The notes under the pieces are model-generated. The model did not search any database and was not told the origin of the DNA. It worked only from the letters and a program-made list of their open reading frames with translations. This document shows, in pieces, positions 9,100 through 17,309 of a stretch of DNA of 26,964 bases (position 1 is its first letter; every line of letters starts with the position of its first letter). The DNA is from a virus. Lineage: Duplodnaviria; Caudoviricetes. The translations under genes were made by a program, and so were the position numbers. The stretch lies in the IMG/VR virus record IMGVR_UViG_3300027785_000117, positions 1-26,964 of that record; one strand, given 5' to 3'.

Positions 9100-9248
9100 T
9101 GGAAATAACTGATGATATTTTAAGAGAAATGGCTGAAAAGTATATGATAGAAGAAAGCTATGGTGATCCTCAACCAGATTTATATGTAGGTTTTTTAGCT
9201 GGTTTTAAAGCAGCAATTAAATTAATAAGTAATAAAATAGAAGACTAA
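9099..9248 (+). CDS. small hypothetical protein absent from the ORF track (49 aa: MEITDDILREMAEKYMIEESYGDPQPDLYVGFLAGFKAAIKLISNKIED)
   Basis: Fills the gap exactly, with TAATG overlaps at 9099 and 9248. Confidence 0.8.
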   Translation: MEITDDILREMAEKYMIEESYGDPQPDLYVGFLAGFKAAIKLISNKIED

Positions 9249-9658
9249 TGATTTTTAACAAAGAAGAAACAAAGAACTTATTAAATATGTTAAGGTCATC
9301 TGATAAAGAAAATGCTATTATAGCATTTGAATCTTTAAAAAAAGTTGACACAAAAAAGTATATAGGAGAACTAATTGTACTCTATAAATTTGGAAATGTT
9401 ACTCCTGAAGATTGGAAAACTAATTGTCCTAAAGTTGCAAAACTATTAGTAAAAACAAAAATTCTTTCGGGTTCTTATACGGCACTATCTAGTGGAGTTT
9501 GTTTATCACACATGACAAATAATAATGCTAGTATACAATCTATAGAACTTTTTATGGAATTCTTTACTAAAAGTATGATTGAATTTTTAGGTCAGATGGG
9601 ATATCCTGCTGATAAATTTGAAATTAATATAAACTTAAAAGATGGACAAAGCACTTAG
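9248..9658 (+). CDS. hypothetical helical protein
   Basis: 136-aa ORF overlapping the start of the vWA gene; N-terminal LNMLRSSDKENAIIAFE motif. Confidence 0.8.
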   Translation: MIFNKEETKNLLNMLRSSDKENAIIAFESLKKVDTKKYIGELIVLYKFGNVTPEDWKTNCPKVAKLLVKTKILSGSYTALSSGVCLSHMTNNNASIQSIELFMEFFTKSMIEFLGQMGYPADKFEININLKDGQST

Positions 9659-10820
9659 TCTTAGTAAGATAGCAAAAGAATTAATGTTAATAGAGCCCTA
9701 TTATGGGTTCTTTTTAATTATGTTAAACAAAACATGGAGAAAAGATTTACCTACAGCAGGAGTAAGTAAGAATGGTATTAATTACCAGTTAGCAATAAAT
9801 GAAGAGTTTTGGACAAGTCTTAGTGAAGAACATCAACTTGGATTATTAAAACATGAGCTCTTACATATAGCTTTTGGTCATTTAACAAGTTTTGGTTCAT
9901 TTAGTGATAAAAAACTAGCTAATGTGGCTATGGATATGGAGATCAATCAATATATTGATACTGATTGGTTACCTAAAGGTGGTATCATGATAGAAGACTA
10001 TGAAGATCTTAATCTTGATGAAAGAGCAGGTTGTAGATACTATTATAAAAAGCTACAAGAGCTTAAACAAGAAAAAGATAAGAATGGTACTTGTGGTAAT
10101 GAACCTATGGATAAGTTACTAGATGATATAGAAAATGGGAATGTCCCTGATCATGGTACCTGGGAAGAGTTTGATGATCTTAGTGAAGCTGAGAAAAAGT
10201 TAATTGATAAACAAATACAAAAAGTTCTATCAGATGCTAAAGAACAGACTATTAAGAAGAGAGGAAGAATCCCGGGAGAAATAGAAGGAGTAATTACTAT
10301 TGAAGAAATAGTTGCACCTAAGTTTGATTGGAGAGGATATATGAGAAGGTTTACTGGAATTAGTACAAAAGTATTTACTAAGAAGATAAGAAGAAAGGAG
10401 AATAGAAAGTTCCCTGAGAGTCCTGGTCTTAAACTTAAGATGAAACAACATATGTTGTTAGGTGTAGATACTTCAGGTTCTGTAAGTGATTCTGAACTAC
10501 AAGAATTTATGAGTGAAATAAATCATATTTATAAAGCAGGAGTAGATGTTACTATAATTCAATGTGATACTTCTATTAGATCTATTGAATCTTACAAGGG
10601 TAAATTTGAATTAAATGTATTAGGAAGAGGAGGAACAGAGTTTGATCCTGTCTTAGAATATTATAATGAAAACCAAAAGAAATATACTAGTCTAGTATAT
10701 TTTACTGATGGAGAGTGTTATACACGTGTAAAACCAAAAGGACATGTTCTTTGGGTTTTGTCAGAAAGATCACAAATGAATGATGAGTTACCAGGAAAGG
10801 TAATTAAGTTAGAACTATAA
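9642..10820 (+). CDS. putative metallopeptidase plus vWA domain protein (DUF2201-like)
   Basis: HELLH (HExxH) and NVAMDMEINQ in the N-terminal half; MIDAS DTSGS, GRGGTEFDP and YFTDG in the C-terminal half. Confidence 0.9.
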   Translation: MDKALSLSKIAKELMLIEPYYGFFLIMLNKTWRKDLPTAGVSKNGINYQLAINEEFWTSLSEEHQLGLLKHELLHIAFGHLTSFGSFSDKKLANVAMDMEINQYIDTDWLPKGGIMIEDYEDLNLDERAGCRYYYKKLQELKQEKDKNGTCGNEPMDKLLDDIENGNVPDHGTWEEFDDLSEAEKKLIDKQIQKVLSDAKEQTIKKRGRIPGEIEGVITIEEIVAPKFDWRGYMRRFTGISTKVFTKKIRRKENRKFPESPGLKLKMKQHMLLGVDTSGSVSDSELQEFMSEINHIYKAGVDVTIIQCDTSIRSIESYKGKFELNVLGRGGTEFDPVLEYYNENQKKYTSLVYFTDGECYTRVKPKGHVLWVLSERSQMNDELPGKVIKLEL

Positions 10821-10831
10821 AAAGAAAAAGT

Positions 10832-12001
10832 ATGAATCAAGTACAATTAAATGTAGAAGAGTTAAAAAGTTTTATAAAGCATATGGTTGGTAATAACCAA
10901 CATATTCAAGCTGAAGGTAAAGTTCCTGTAGCAATTAATATTGAGGGTGATGCTGGTCTTGGTAAAACTTCTGCTATTATGCAGTTAGGAAAAGAAATGG
11001 ATATGCAAGTTGTAAAGCTTAATTTATCTCAGTTAGAAGAATTAGGTGATTTGGTTGGTTTTCCTGTAAAAGAATTTGAGATTACAAATGCTGAAGGTAA
11101 GTCTACTTGGATTAATGAAGTTCAGATAGATGCCGCAATGAAGAAAGGATATAAAGTTGGAGCTAAGAGAATGTCTCATGCTGCACCTGAATGGATTCAA
11201 GGTAAAGGTGAGGGTGGATTCTTAGTATTAGATGACTACACTAGAGCTGATCATAGGTTTATGCAAGCAACTATGGAGATCTTAGATAGACAAGAATATG
11301 TTTCTTGGAAACTACCTAAGAACTGGCATGTTATCTTGACTACTAATCCAGACAATGGTGACTATAATGTTACTAGTTTGGATGTTGCTCAGAAGACTAG
11401 ATTTATTTCTGTTGAGTTAAAGTATGATGTTAATGTATGGTCTAAGTGGGCTGAGACTGCAAGGATAGATGGTAGATGTATCAACTTTATGTTGATGAAT
11501 CCAGAACTTGTGACTCAAAAGGTTAATCCAAGATCTATTACTACTTTCTTCAATGCTATTAGTTCCATAGAAAAGTTTGAGGCTGACCTACCTCTAATTC
11601 AAATGATTGGTGAAGGCTCTGTTGGAGCAGATTTTAGTTCTATGTTTACTATGTTTATTAATAACAAGTTAGATAGGATTATTTCCCCGGAAGATGTCTT
11701 GACTAAAGATGAAGTATATGTAATGGGAGCTTTGACAAGTGCAGTTGGTAAAGATGATGAGTTTAGAGCAGATATATCTAGCGTAATTGCAACAAGATTA
11801 ATAAACTATTCATTGCTTCTTTCTGAAAGAGGACCAGTTCCAGCAGTTATTACTGATAGATTAGCTAAACTTACTACTGAATGTGATGCATTTACTAATG
11901 ATCTTAGATATTACATGATCAAAGAAATAGTAAATGGAAACAAAGTTAAATTTGCTAAACTAATGCAAAATACTAAGGTGGTGAAGATGGCTATCAGCTA
12001 A
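10832..12001 (+). CDS. MoxR/AAA_5-type ATPase
   Basis: Walker A GDAGLGKT, GDLVGFP, Walker B LVLDDYTRA, sensor ILTTNP, AQKTRF, NPRS; paired with the vWA gene. Confidence 0.9.
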   Translation: MNQVQLNVEELKSFIKHMVGNNQHIQAEGKVPVAINIEGDAGLGKTSAIMQLGKEMDMQVVKLNLSQLEELGDLVGFPVKEFEITNAEGKSTWINEVQIDAAMKKGYKVGAKRMSHAAPEWIQGKGEGGFLVLDDYTRADHRFMQATMEILDRQEYVSWKLPKNWHVILTTNPDNGDYNVTSLDVAQKTRFISVELKYDVNVWSKWAETARIDGRCINFMLMNPELVTQKVNPRSITTFFNAISSIEKFEADLPLIQMIGEGSVGADFSSMFTMFINNKLDRIISPEDVLTKDEVYVMGALTSAVGKDDEFRADISSVIATRLINYSLLLSERGPVPAVITDRLAKLTTECDAFTNDLRYYMIKEIVNGNKVKFAKLMQNTKVVKMAIS

Positions 12002-12052
12002 AACAGTGATAAAGAGTTTCCCCTTTAAAAAAACACTAAACTAATTAAATCA

Positions 12053-12084
12053 AAGATAGAGGGAGGTAATACTCCTTCTATTTT
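12053..12084 (+). terminator. stem-loop after the AAA gene
   Basis: AAGATAGAGGGAG-GTAATA-CTCCTTCTATTTT (two G-U pairs). Confidence 0.55.
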
Positions 12085-12098
12085 AATATTTCAACATT

Positions 12099-13355
12099 AT
12101 GAAACAATTTATAAATATAAAACTTAACGACTCTGCAGATGATACATCAATTAGTTCTTTTGAACTAGAACTTCTAGAAGGTGCAGATGATCTTAATGAA
12201 ATTGTAAATGCACAAGGATATGTTCCTGTAAAAGGAGACATGATATACTTATTACCTGGAGTTAATATTCCTAGAGTTAAACTAAAAGATTTAGCATTAA
12301 GTTTAGGAATTAGAGTAGTAAGAGATCCTGCTAAAGCAAATATAATTTTTGCAGGTAGAAACTCTATTGCAAAAATTACTAGTTCTAGATGGACATATAA
12401 AGTTAATTCTACTTATGCATTAGAAAGAATTAAAGAATTATGTAATGATGATTTTTATATACAGAATTTAGAAACTGCTATTGCTAGCACGGGAGAAACT
12501 GATATTTTTGGTGATTATAATGACATATATAATATATTAGCTAAGGGTTCTAGAAATGATTATACTAGTTCTTATATCTATACTGTAGACCCTGATTATA
12601 GTGAAATGTACAATACAGTTAAGAATAAAATTATTTATAGTGAAACAGAATTATTAAATAACATTAATGGTGATGATTCTACAACTATTAATGAAGAAGT
12701 TTTCCAGCAGCTTAAAAATATGTTTGACAGTTCAGATTCTGATAATCATGTACTTGCTATGGAAATTATGGCAAACTCTAAGTATGAAGATAGCGTATTA
12801 TATTTGTTGATGTTAATATCTGAAAATGCATATAAGATAAATAATAGCAATACAAGAAATCATGTGAATTTTAAGTCTATGCTCAGTTATTTTAATTGGC
12901 AACCAAGAGATGTCAATCATATAAATACTGATGATATTGTTCAAATAATAGACAAGAAGAAAGGTTTATTAACTGTAGATATGATTAAGAGATTGTATCA
13001 GGAATATGGTGAGGATATTGTCAGAAATATATATTATGATGATGTATTTGAAGTTAAAGAAGTAACTATTAAGAAAGAGTATCTTGAGAAACTAAACATA
13101 ACATCTATTAATTTAATAAATCCTGAAGAAGATATTACTTCTGCACGACCGGATCCTGTAGAAGTTGAAGAGGAAGTTTTAGAAGATGAACTTATAGAAG
13201 CTGCATTTACAAATATTGAGATAAAAGAACTCAAGTCAGAGTTAATAGCTCTTGAAGAAGAAGAATCAGCTGAAAAAGATTTGGCGACTTTTAAAGAAGA
13301 AGAATCAAATAACCATCAAACAAACACAAATGATACAGACATTGACTGGTTCTAA
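12099..13355 (+). CDS. hypothetical protein with BRCT-like N-terminal segment and long acidic C-terminus
   Basis: IYLLPGVNIPRVKLKDLALSLGIRVVRDPAKANIIF resembles the BRCT beta1-alpha1-beta2-beta3 pattern; E-rich tail ending DIDWF. Confidence 0.75.
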   Translation: MKQFINIKLNDSADDTSISSFELELLEGADDLNEIVNAQGYVPVKGDMIYLLPGVNIPRVKLKDLALSLGIRVVRDPAKANIIFAGRNSIAKITSSRWTYKVNSTYALERIKELCNDDFYIQNLETAIASTGETDIFGDYNDIYNILAKGSRNDYTSSYIYTVDPDYSEMYNTVKNKIIYSETELLNNINGDDSTTINEEVFQQLKNMFDSSDSDNHVLAMEIMANSKYEDSVLYLLMLISENAYKINNSNTRNHVNFKSMLSYFNWQPRDVNHINTDDIVQIIDKKKGLLTVDMIKRLYQEYGEDIVRNIYYDDVFEVKEVTIKKEYLEKLNITSINLINPEEDITSARPDPVEVEEEVLEDELIEAAFTNIEIKELKSELIALEEEESAEKDLATFKEEESNNHQTNTNDTDIDWF

Positions 13356-14346
13356 TGAACTTGATGCCTTTTATAAGGACAAATTTTATTTTAGTTATAG
13401 TAGTATAAGTAAATTATTATTTTCCCCGGCAGCTTTTTATAATCATTATGTGCTCAAACAGAGAGAAGATGTTGTTGCACCCCACTTGGTTTCAGGTAGG
13501 GTGCTTCATTGTCTTTTATTTGAGCCTGAAAAGTATGATGATAATTTTATAAGCATGCCTGGAAAAATTCCTACAGATAGTCAAAGAAAAATAATTGATA
13601 ATATTTTTAGAAAATATTTGGAAATTAATAATAATGCATTATCTTTGGCAGACTTCTCAGACGATATACTTACAGAACTCCTTACAGCAAACCTTTACCA
13701 ATCTCTCAAAACTGATCTTCAAAGAACTGAAAAGATTCTTACAGAAGAAAACAAAAATTATTTTACCTTTCTTATAGACAGTCAAGATAAGACTATAGTA
13801 GATGAGCCTACTCTGAACAATTGTAAATCAGGAGTTGAGGCACTAAAGTCTAATGAAGAGGTAAGATCTTTGTTGCAACTTGATAAATCAGAAGAAGATG
13901 TTCACATTGAATCATATAGTGAGTTGCCTATAAAAGTTGATGCAGAACATTTACCCTTTGGGTTTAAAGGAATATTAGATAATATTATAATAGATAAGGA
14001 ATCTAAAACAATATTTATTAATGACCTTAAGACCACAGGTAAACCTCTTGTAGATTTTCCAGAGTCTGTTCAATATTATAAATATTGGGTCCAAGCAATG
14101 GTGTATGTAAAGCTTACATATGATAAATTTCTAAAAGACTTACCTGATTTAAATGAATGGAACTTGTATTTTACTTTTATAGTAATAGATAAGTACAATC
14201 AAGTGTATCCATTCCAAGTCTCTATGGAGACAATGACCATATGGCAACAAGACTTTGAAGAATTAACTGATATACTTAAGTATCATTATGAAAACAAAGA
14301 ATTTAAGTTACCGTATGAATTAGCAAAAGGTAATGTAAAATTGTAA
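13330..14346 (+). CDS. PD-(D/E)XK exonuclease (RecE/DUF3799-like)
   Basis: FSYSSISKLL, GRVLHCLL, SELPI, KGILDNI...INDLKTT, YWVQAMVY. The ORF track starts at 13252; ATG 13330 is more likely. Confidence 0.88.
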   Translation: MIQTLTGSNELDAFYKDKFYFSYSSISKLLFSPAAFYNHYVLKQREDVVAPHLVSGRVLHCLLFEPEKYDDNFISMPGKIPTDSQRKIIDNIFRKYLEINNNALSLADFSDDILTELLTANLYQSLKTDLQRTEKILTEENKNYFTFLIDSQDKTIVDEPTLNNCKSGVEALKSNEEVRSLLQLDKSEEDVHIESYSELPIKVDAEHLPFGFKGILDNIIIDKESKTIFINDLKTTGKPLVDFPESVQYYKYWVQAMVYVKLTYDKFLKDLPDLNEWNLYFTFIVIDKYNQVYPFQVSMETMTIWQQDFEELTDILKYHYENKEFKLPYELAKGNVKL

Positions 14347-14351
14347 ATTTT

Positions 14352-14948
14352 ATGGCTTTAAAATCTATTTATAAAAAATACTTTCAAAAATCCAAGGTGT
14401 TCTTATATCCGCTTCTTGGAATAAAAAGAGGGTCTAGTGTAATTCCTATTGAAACATATGTTATTTGGAAAGGATACTATTCTCTCGAGGATATGAAATT
14501 AATATGTGTATATGATATAAGAAATGATGATGAATATGAGTTTTTTGAAAAAAATACATTAATTAAACATAATAGATTGTGTGATTTTGTAAAAATAAAT
14601 TCTCAAGCTGTACTTACATTTGATTTTTCAGATCTAGATGATGACTGGAATCATTTTATAAATGGAAAATATAGTAAACTAAATATAAAATTAAAACAAA
14701 AAATTCTTGATTTCTTTGATAAGTATAGTGGTAATTATGCATATGTGCATAGTTATTTAATACCAGAAAAATACTTTAATAATTATGCCGAACTTCTTGA
14801 CGTAAACGAAGAGATATTAATAAATGTAGGAGAATTATGTGATAAGTTAGATTTAGATAAAGAAACTTTATTTTTAGAACCTGTTGATTTAAATAACATA
14901 AATGAAAAAGAATTATTAAATTTGTATAAACTAAATAAAGATGAGTAA
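14352..14948 (+). CDS. hypothetical protein
   Basis: 198-aa ORF in the operon; no motif recognised. Confidence 0.8.
   Translation: MALKSIYKKYFQKSKVFLYPLLGIKRGSSVIPIETYVIWKGYYSLEDMKLICVYDIRNDDEYEFFEKNTLIKHNRLCDFVKINSQAVLTFDFSDLDDDWNHFINGKYSKLNIKLKQKILDFFDKYSGNYAYVHSYLIPEKYFNNYAELLDVNEEILINVGELCDKLDLDKETLFLEPVDLNNINEKELLNLYKLNKDE
14917..14924 (+). promoter_or_regulatory. possible Bacteroidota -7 element TAAATTTG upstream of gene 14941
   Basis: Matches TAnnTTTG, 16 nt before the ATG; no correctly spaced -33 TTTG was seen. Confidence 0.35.
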
Positions 14949-15315
14949 AGAAAATCAACAAACAATGATGTTAGTTAAATCTAGCTGGCAAGAAAGCCAA
15001 ACCTTTAGAATGATTCCTACTAGTGAATCATGTCCCTATGTAGAATGTATTTATGATCCTTCTACAAATGTATTTGTAATTATATCTAAGATAACAAAGC
15101 ATACATTGCATATGCTACCTAAATTAGATGAATATGGGCAGCCTGTAACAGGATCAAAGGGAATGAAACAAGATAGACATAAAATTGAAGTCTTTCAAGA
15201 ATTTTATATTGAGGATAAAATAGCAATTAAAGATTTAATAAATCTTTTTGCTCTCAATGCTAAAACATTTGATTTTGAAGAATTTATGATTTCTACAGAA
15301 ACTCCTAATACCTAG
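14941..15315 (+). CDS. hypothetical protein
   Basis: 124-aa ORF (CPYVECIYDP, HMLPKLDEYG). Confidence 0.8.
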   Translation: MSKENQQTMMLVKSSWQESQTFRMIPTSESCPYVECIYDPSTNVFVIISKITKHTLHMLPKLDEYGQPVTGSKGMKQDRHKIEVFQEFYIEDKIAIKDLINLFALNAKTFDFEEFMISTETPNT

Positions 15316-15331
15316 GATATTTTTTCTTAAA

Positions 15332-15371
15332 TATAGAAAAAGGGTAGAAGGAATTTTACCTTTTTTTTATA
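15332..15371 (+). terminator. long hairpin with GGAA (GNRA) loop upstream of polB
   Basis: TATAGAAAAAGGGTAGAA-GGAA-TTTTACCTTTTTTTTATA with G-U pairs; the 3' arm contains a T8 tract. Confidence 0.6.
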
Positions 15372-15408
15372 AACTAACGGGGGAACAGCTTAACTGAACA
15401 TATAGCCT

Positions 15409-17307
15409 ATGAAAACACATTGGGTAATGGACTATGAAACTCTTAGTAATTGTTTTATAGCAGTATTTGAAGACATAAAGTCTGAGCACACAGAAACATT
15501 TATCTGTCACAAATCACAAAATGATATATTAGAATTTATAACTTTTCTTGAGAGAAACATAACTCTTGGTGAATGGCATGTAAGTTTTAATGGTCTTTCT
15601 TTTGACAGTCAGATAACTGAATATATTCTACGGGATAAAGACCAATTACTTGAACAGGATGGTGATACTATTGCTAAATTTATTTATCAAAAAGCACAAG
15701 AAACTATTGAAAATAGTAATAATGGTGACTTTGCTAAATTTAGTCCTAAAAACTTAAGCATTAGACAAATTGATGTCTTTAAACTTAATCATTGGGACAA
15801 CCCAGCAAAAAGATCAAGTCTTAAATGGATTCAGTATACTATGGATTGGCACAACATTATGGATATGCCTATTCATCACACTACTGAAGTTACTGTAGAT
15901 CAAATACCAGAAATTATTATCTATTGTAAGAATGATGTTAAGTCTACTAAACAGATCATGATGCTTAGTAAAAGCAATATTGATTTGAGAGGAACACTTA
16001 CAGAGGAATATGGTATAGATTTATATTCTGCTTCTGAACCAAGAATTGCTAAAGATTTATTTTTACATTTCTTAAGTAATGCTACTGGAATAAAGAAATG
16101 GGATCTTAAACAAATGAGAACCAGCAGAGAGCAAATTATATTTAAAGATATTATTCTTCCTTACATTAATTTTAAGACAGCTACATTCCAAAATCTTCTG
16201 AAGAAGTTTCAAGATGTAATACTTTATCCAAATCAAACAAAAGGTGGATTTAAATATTCTGCACAATATAAAGGAGTTAAAACTGATTATGGTCTTGGTG
16301 GTATACACGGTGCTAGACAAAGTAAAGTGTATAATTCTACTGAAGATATGATTATTATGAGTTCAGATGTTGTAAGTTTCTATCCTAATCTAGCTATCAG
16401 AAATAAATGGGCACCTGCTCATCTACCTAAAGAAGAATTCTGTGATCAGTATGAATGGTTCTTTGAAGAAAGAAAGAAGATACCTAAGAAAGATCCAAAA
16501 AACTATGTGTATAAGATTGTTTTAAATTCTACTTACGGACTTAGTAATGATGAGAACAGTTTCTTGTATGATCCACAGTTTACTATGAGGATTACTATTA
16601 ATGGTCAGTTAAGTCTTACTATGTTATATGAGATGATTTGTGAGGGTATTCCCGGTGCACTTCCTCTAATGCAGAATACAGATGGTCTTGAAACTATGAT
16701 ACCAAGAGAACATGTAGATAAGTATATGGAAATTTGTAGTCGTTGGGAAGAAATTACCAACCTACAACTTGAACATGATAAATATTCTAAAATAGTTCTT
16801 GGAGATGTAAATAACTATATTGCTATTTCTGAAGAAGGAAAATCTAAATGTAAAGGTAGATTTGAATATGATAACTTAGCATTACACAAAAACAAAAGTT
16901 TTCTAATTGTTCCTAAAGCACTATATGCATATTTTGTTGATGGTGTTAAACCTGAAAAGTTTATAAAAGAAAATTTAAACATATTTGATTTTTGTGGTGG
17001 TGTTAAGATAAAAGGTAATTGGATGTTTACAGAAAGAAAAATAGAAACAGGAGAGTATAGTGAAACAAAACTTCAAGAAACCATTAGATACTATATCTCT
17101 AATAAAGGGTCTAAAATCATTAAAACTAACCGTGGTGATAAACGTGAAATCCAGGTAGAAGCTGGTAAATGGTTACAATCTACTATGATTAATTATGAAG
17201 AAAAACCATTTGAAAAGTATGATATTAATTATGATTATTATTTAGAAAAGGTTAAAAAAGAAATTGAATCTTTAGAACCAAGTACAAACCAATTAAGTTT
17301 ATTTTAA
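15409..17307 (+). CDS. polB: family B DNA polymerase with 3'-5' exonuclease
   Basis: ExoI MDYET, ExoII FNGLSFD, ExoIII YCKNDV; motif A SDVVSFYPN, motif B KIVLNSTYG, motif C QNTDG. Confidence 0.96.
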   Translation: MKTHWVMDYETLSNCFIAVFEDIKSEHTETFICHKSQNDILEFITFLERNITLGEWHVSFNGLSFDSQITEYILRDKDQLLEQDGDTIAKFIYQKAQETIENSNNGDFAKFSPKNLSIRQIDVFKLNHWDNPAKRSSLKWIQYTMDWHNIMDMPIHHTTEVTVDQIPEIIIYCKNDVKSTKQIMMLSKSNIDLRGTLTEEYGIDLYSASEPRIAKDLFLHFLSNATGIKKWDLKQMRTSREQIIFKDIILPYINFKTATFQNLLKKFQDVILYPNQTKGGFKYSAQYKGVKTDYGLGGIHGARQSKVYNSTEDMIIMSSDVVSFYPNLAIRNKWAPAHLPKEEFCDQYEWFFEERKKIPKKDPKNYVYKIVLNSTYGLSNDENSFLYDPQFTMRITINGQLSLTMLYEMICEGIPGALPLMQNTDGLETMIPREHVDKYMEICSRWEEITNLQLEHDKYSKIVLGDVNNYIAISEEGKSKCKGRFEYDNLALHKNKSFLIVPKALYAYFVDGVKPEKFIKENLNIFDFCGGVKIKGNWMFTERKIETGEYSETKLQETIRYYISNKGSKIIKTNRGDKREIQVEAGKWLQSTMINYEEKPFEKYDINYDYYLEKVKKEIESLEPSTNQLSLF

Positions 17308-17309
17308 TT

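Larger units (their letters stand above)
8750..9250 (+). repeat. three direct repeats AAAATWGAAGACTAATG at 8750-8766, 9085-9101, 9234-9250
   Basis: Copies 2 and 3 are identical over 19 bp (ATAAAATAGAAGACTAATG); copy 1 has one mismatch in 17 bp. Each spans a stop/start junction. Confidence 0.9.

Noticed and set aside
8750-9250. KIED repeats as a CRISPR array
   Set aside because: The repeats are 17-19 bp with unequal spacers (318 and 132 nt) that are coding; no cas genes are present.
15409-17307. Intron or intein in polB or dnaB
   Set aside because: Both ORFs are continuous and compact, with normal motif spacing and no intein termini.
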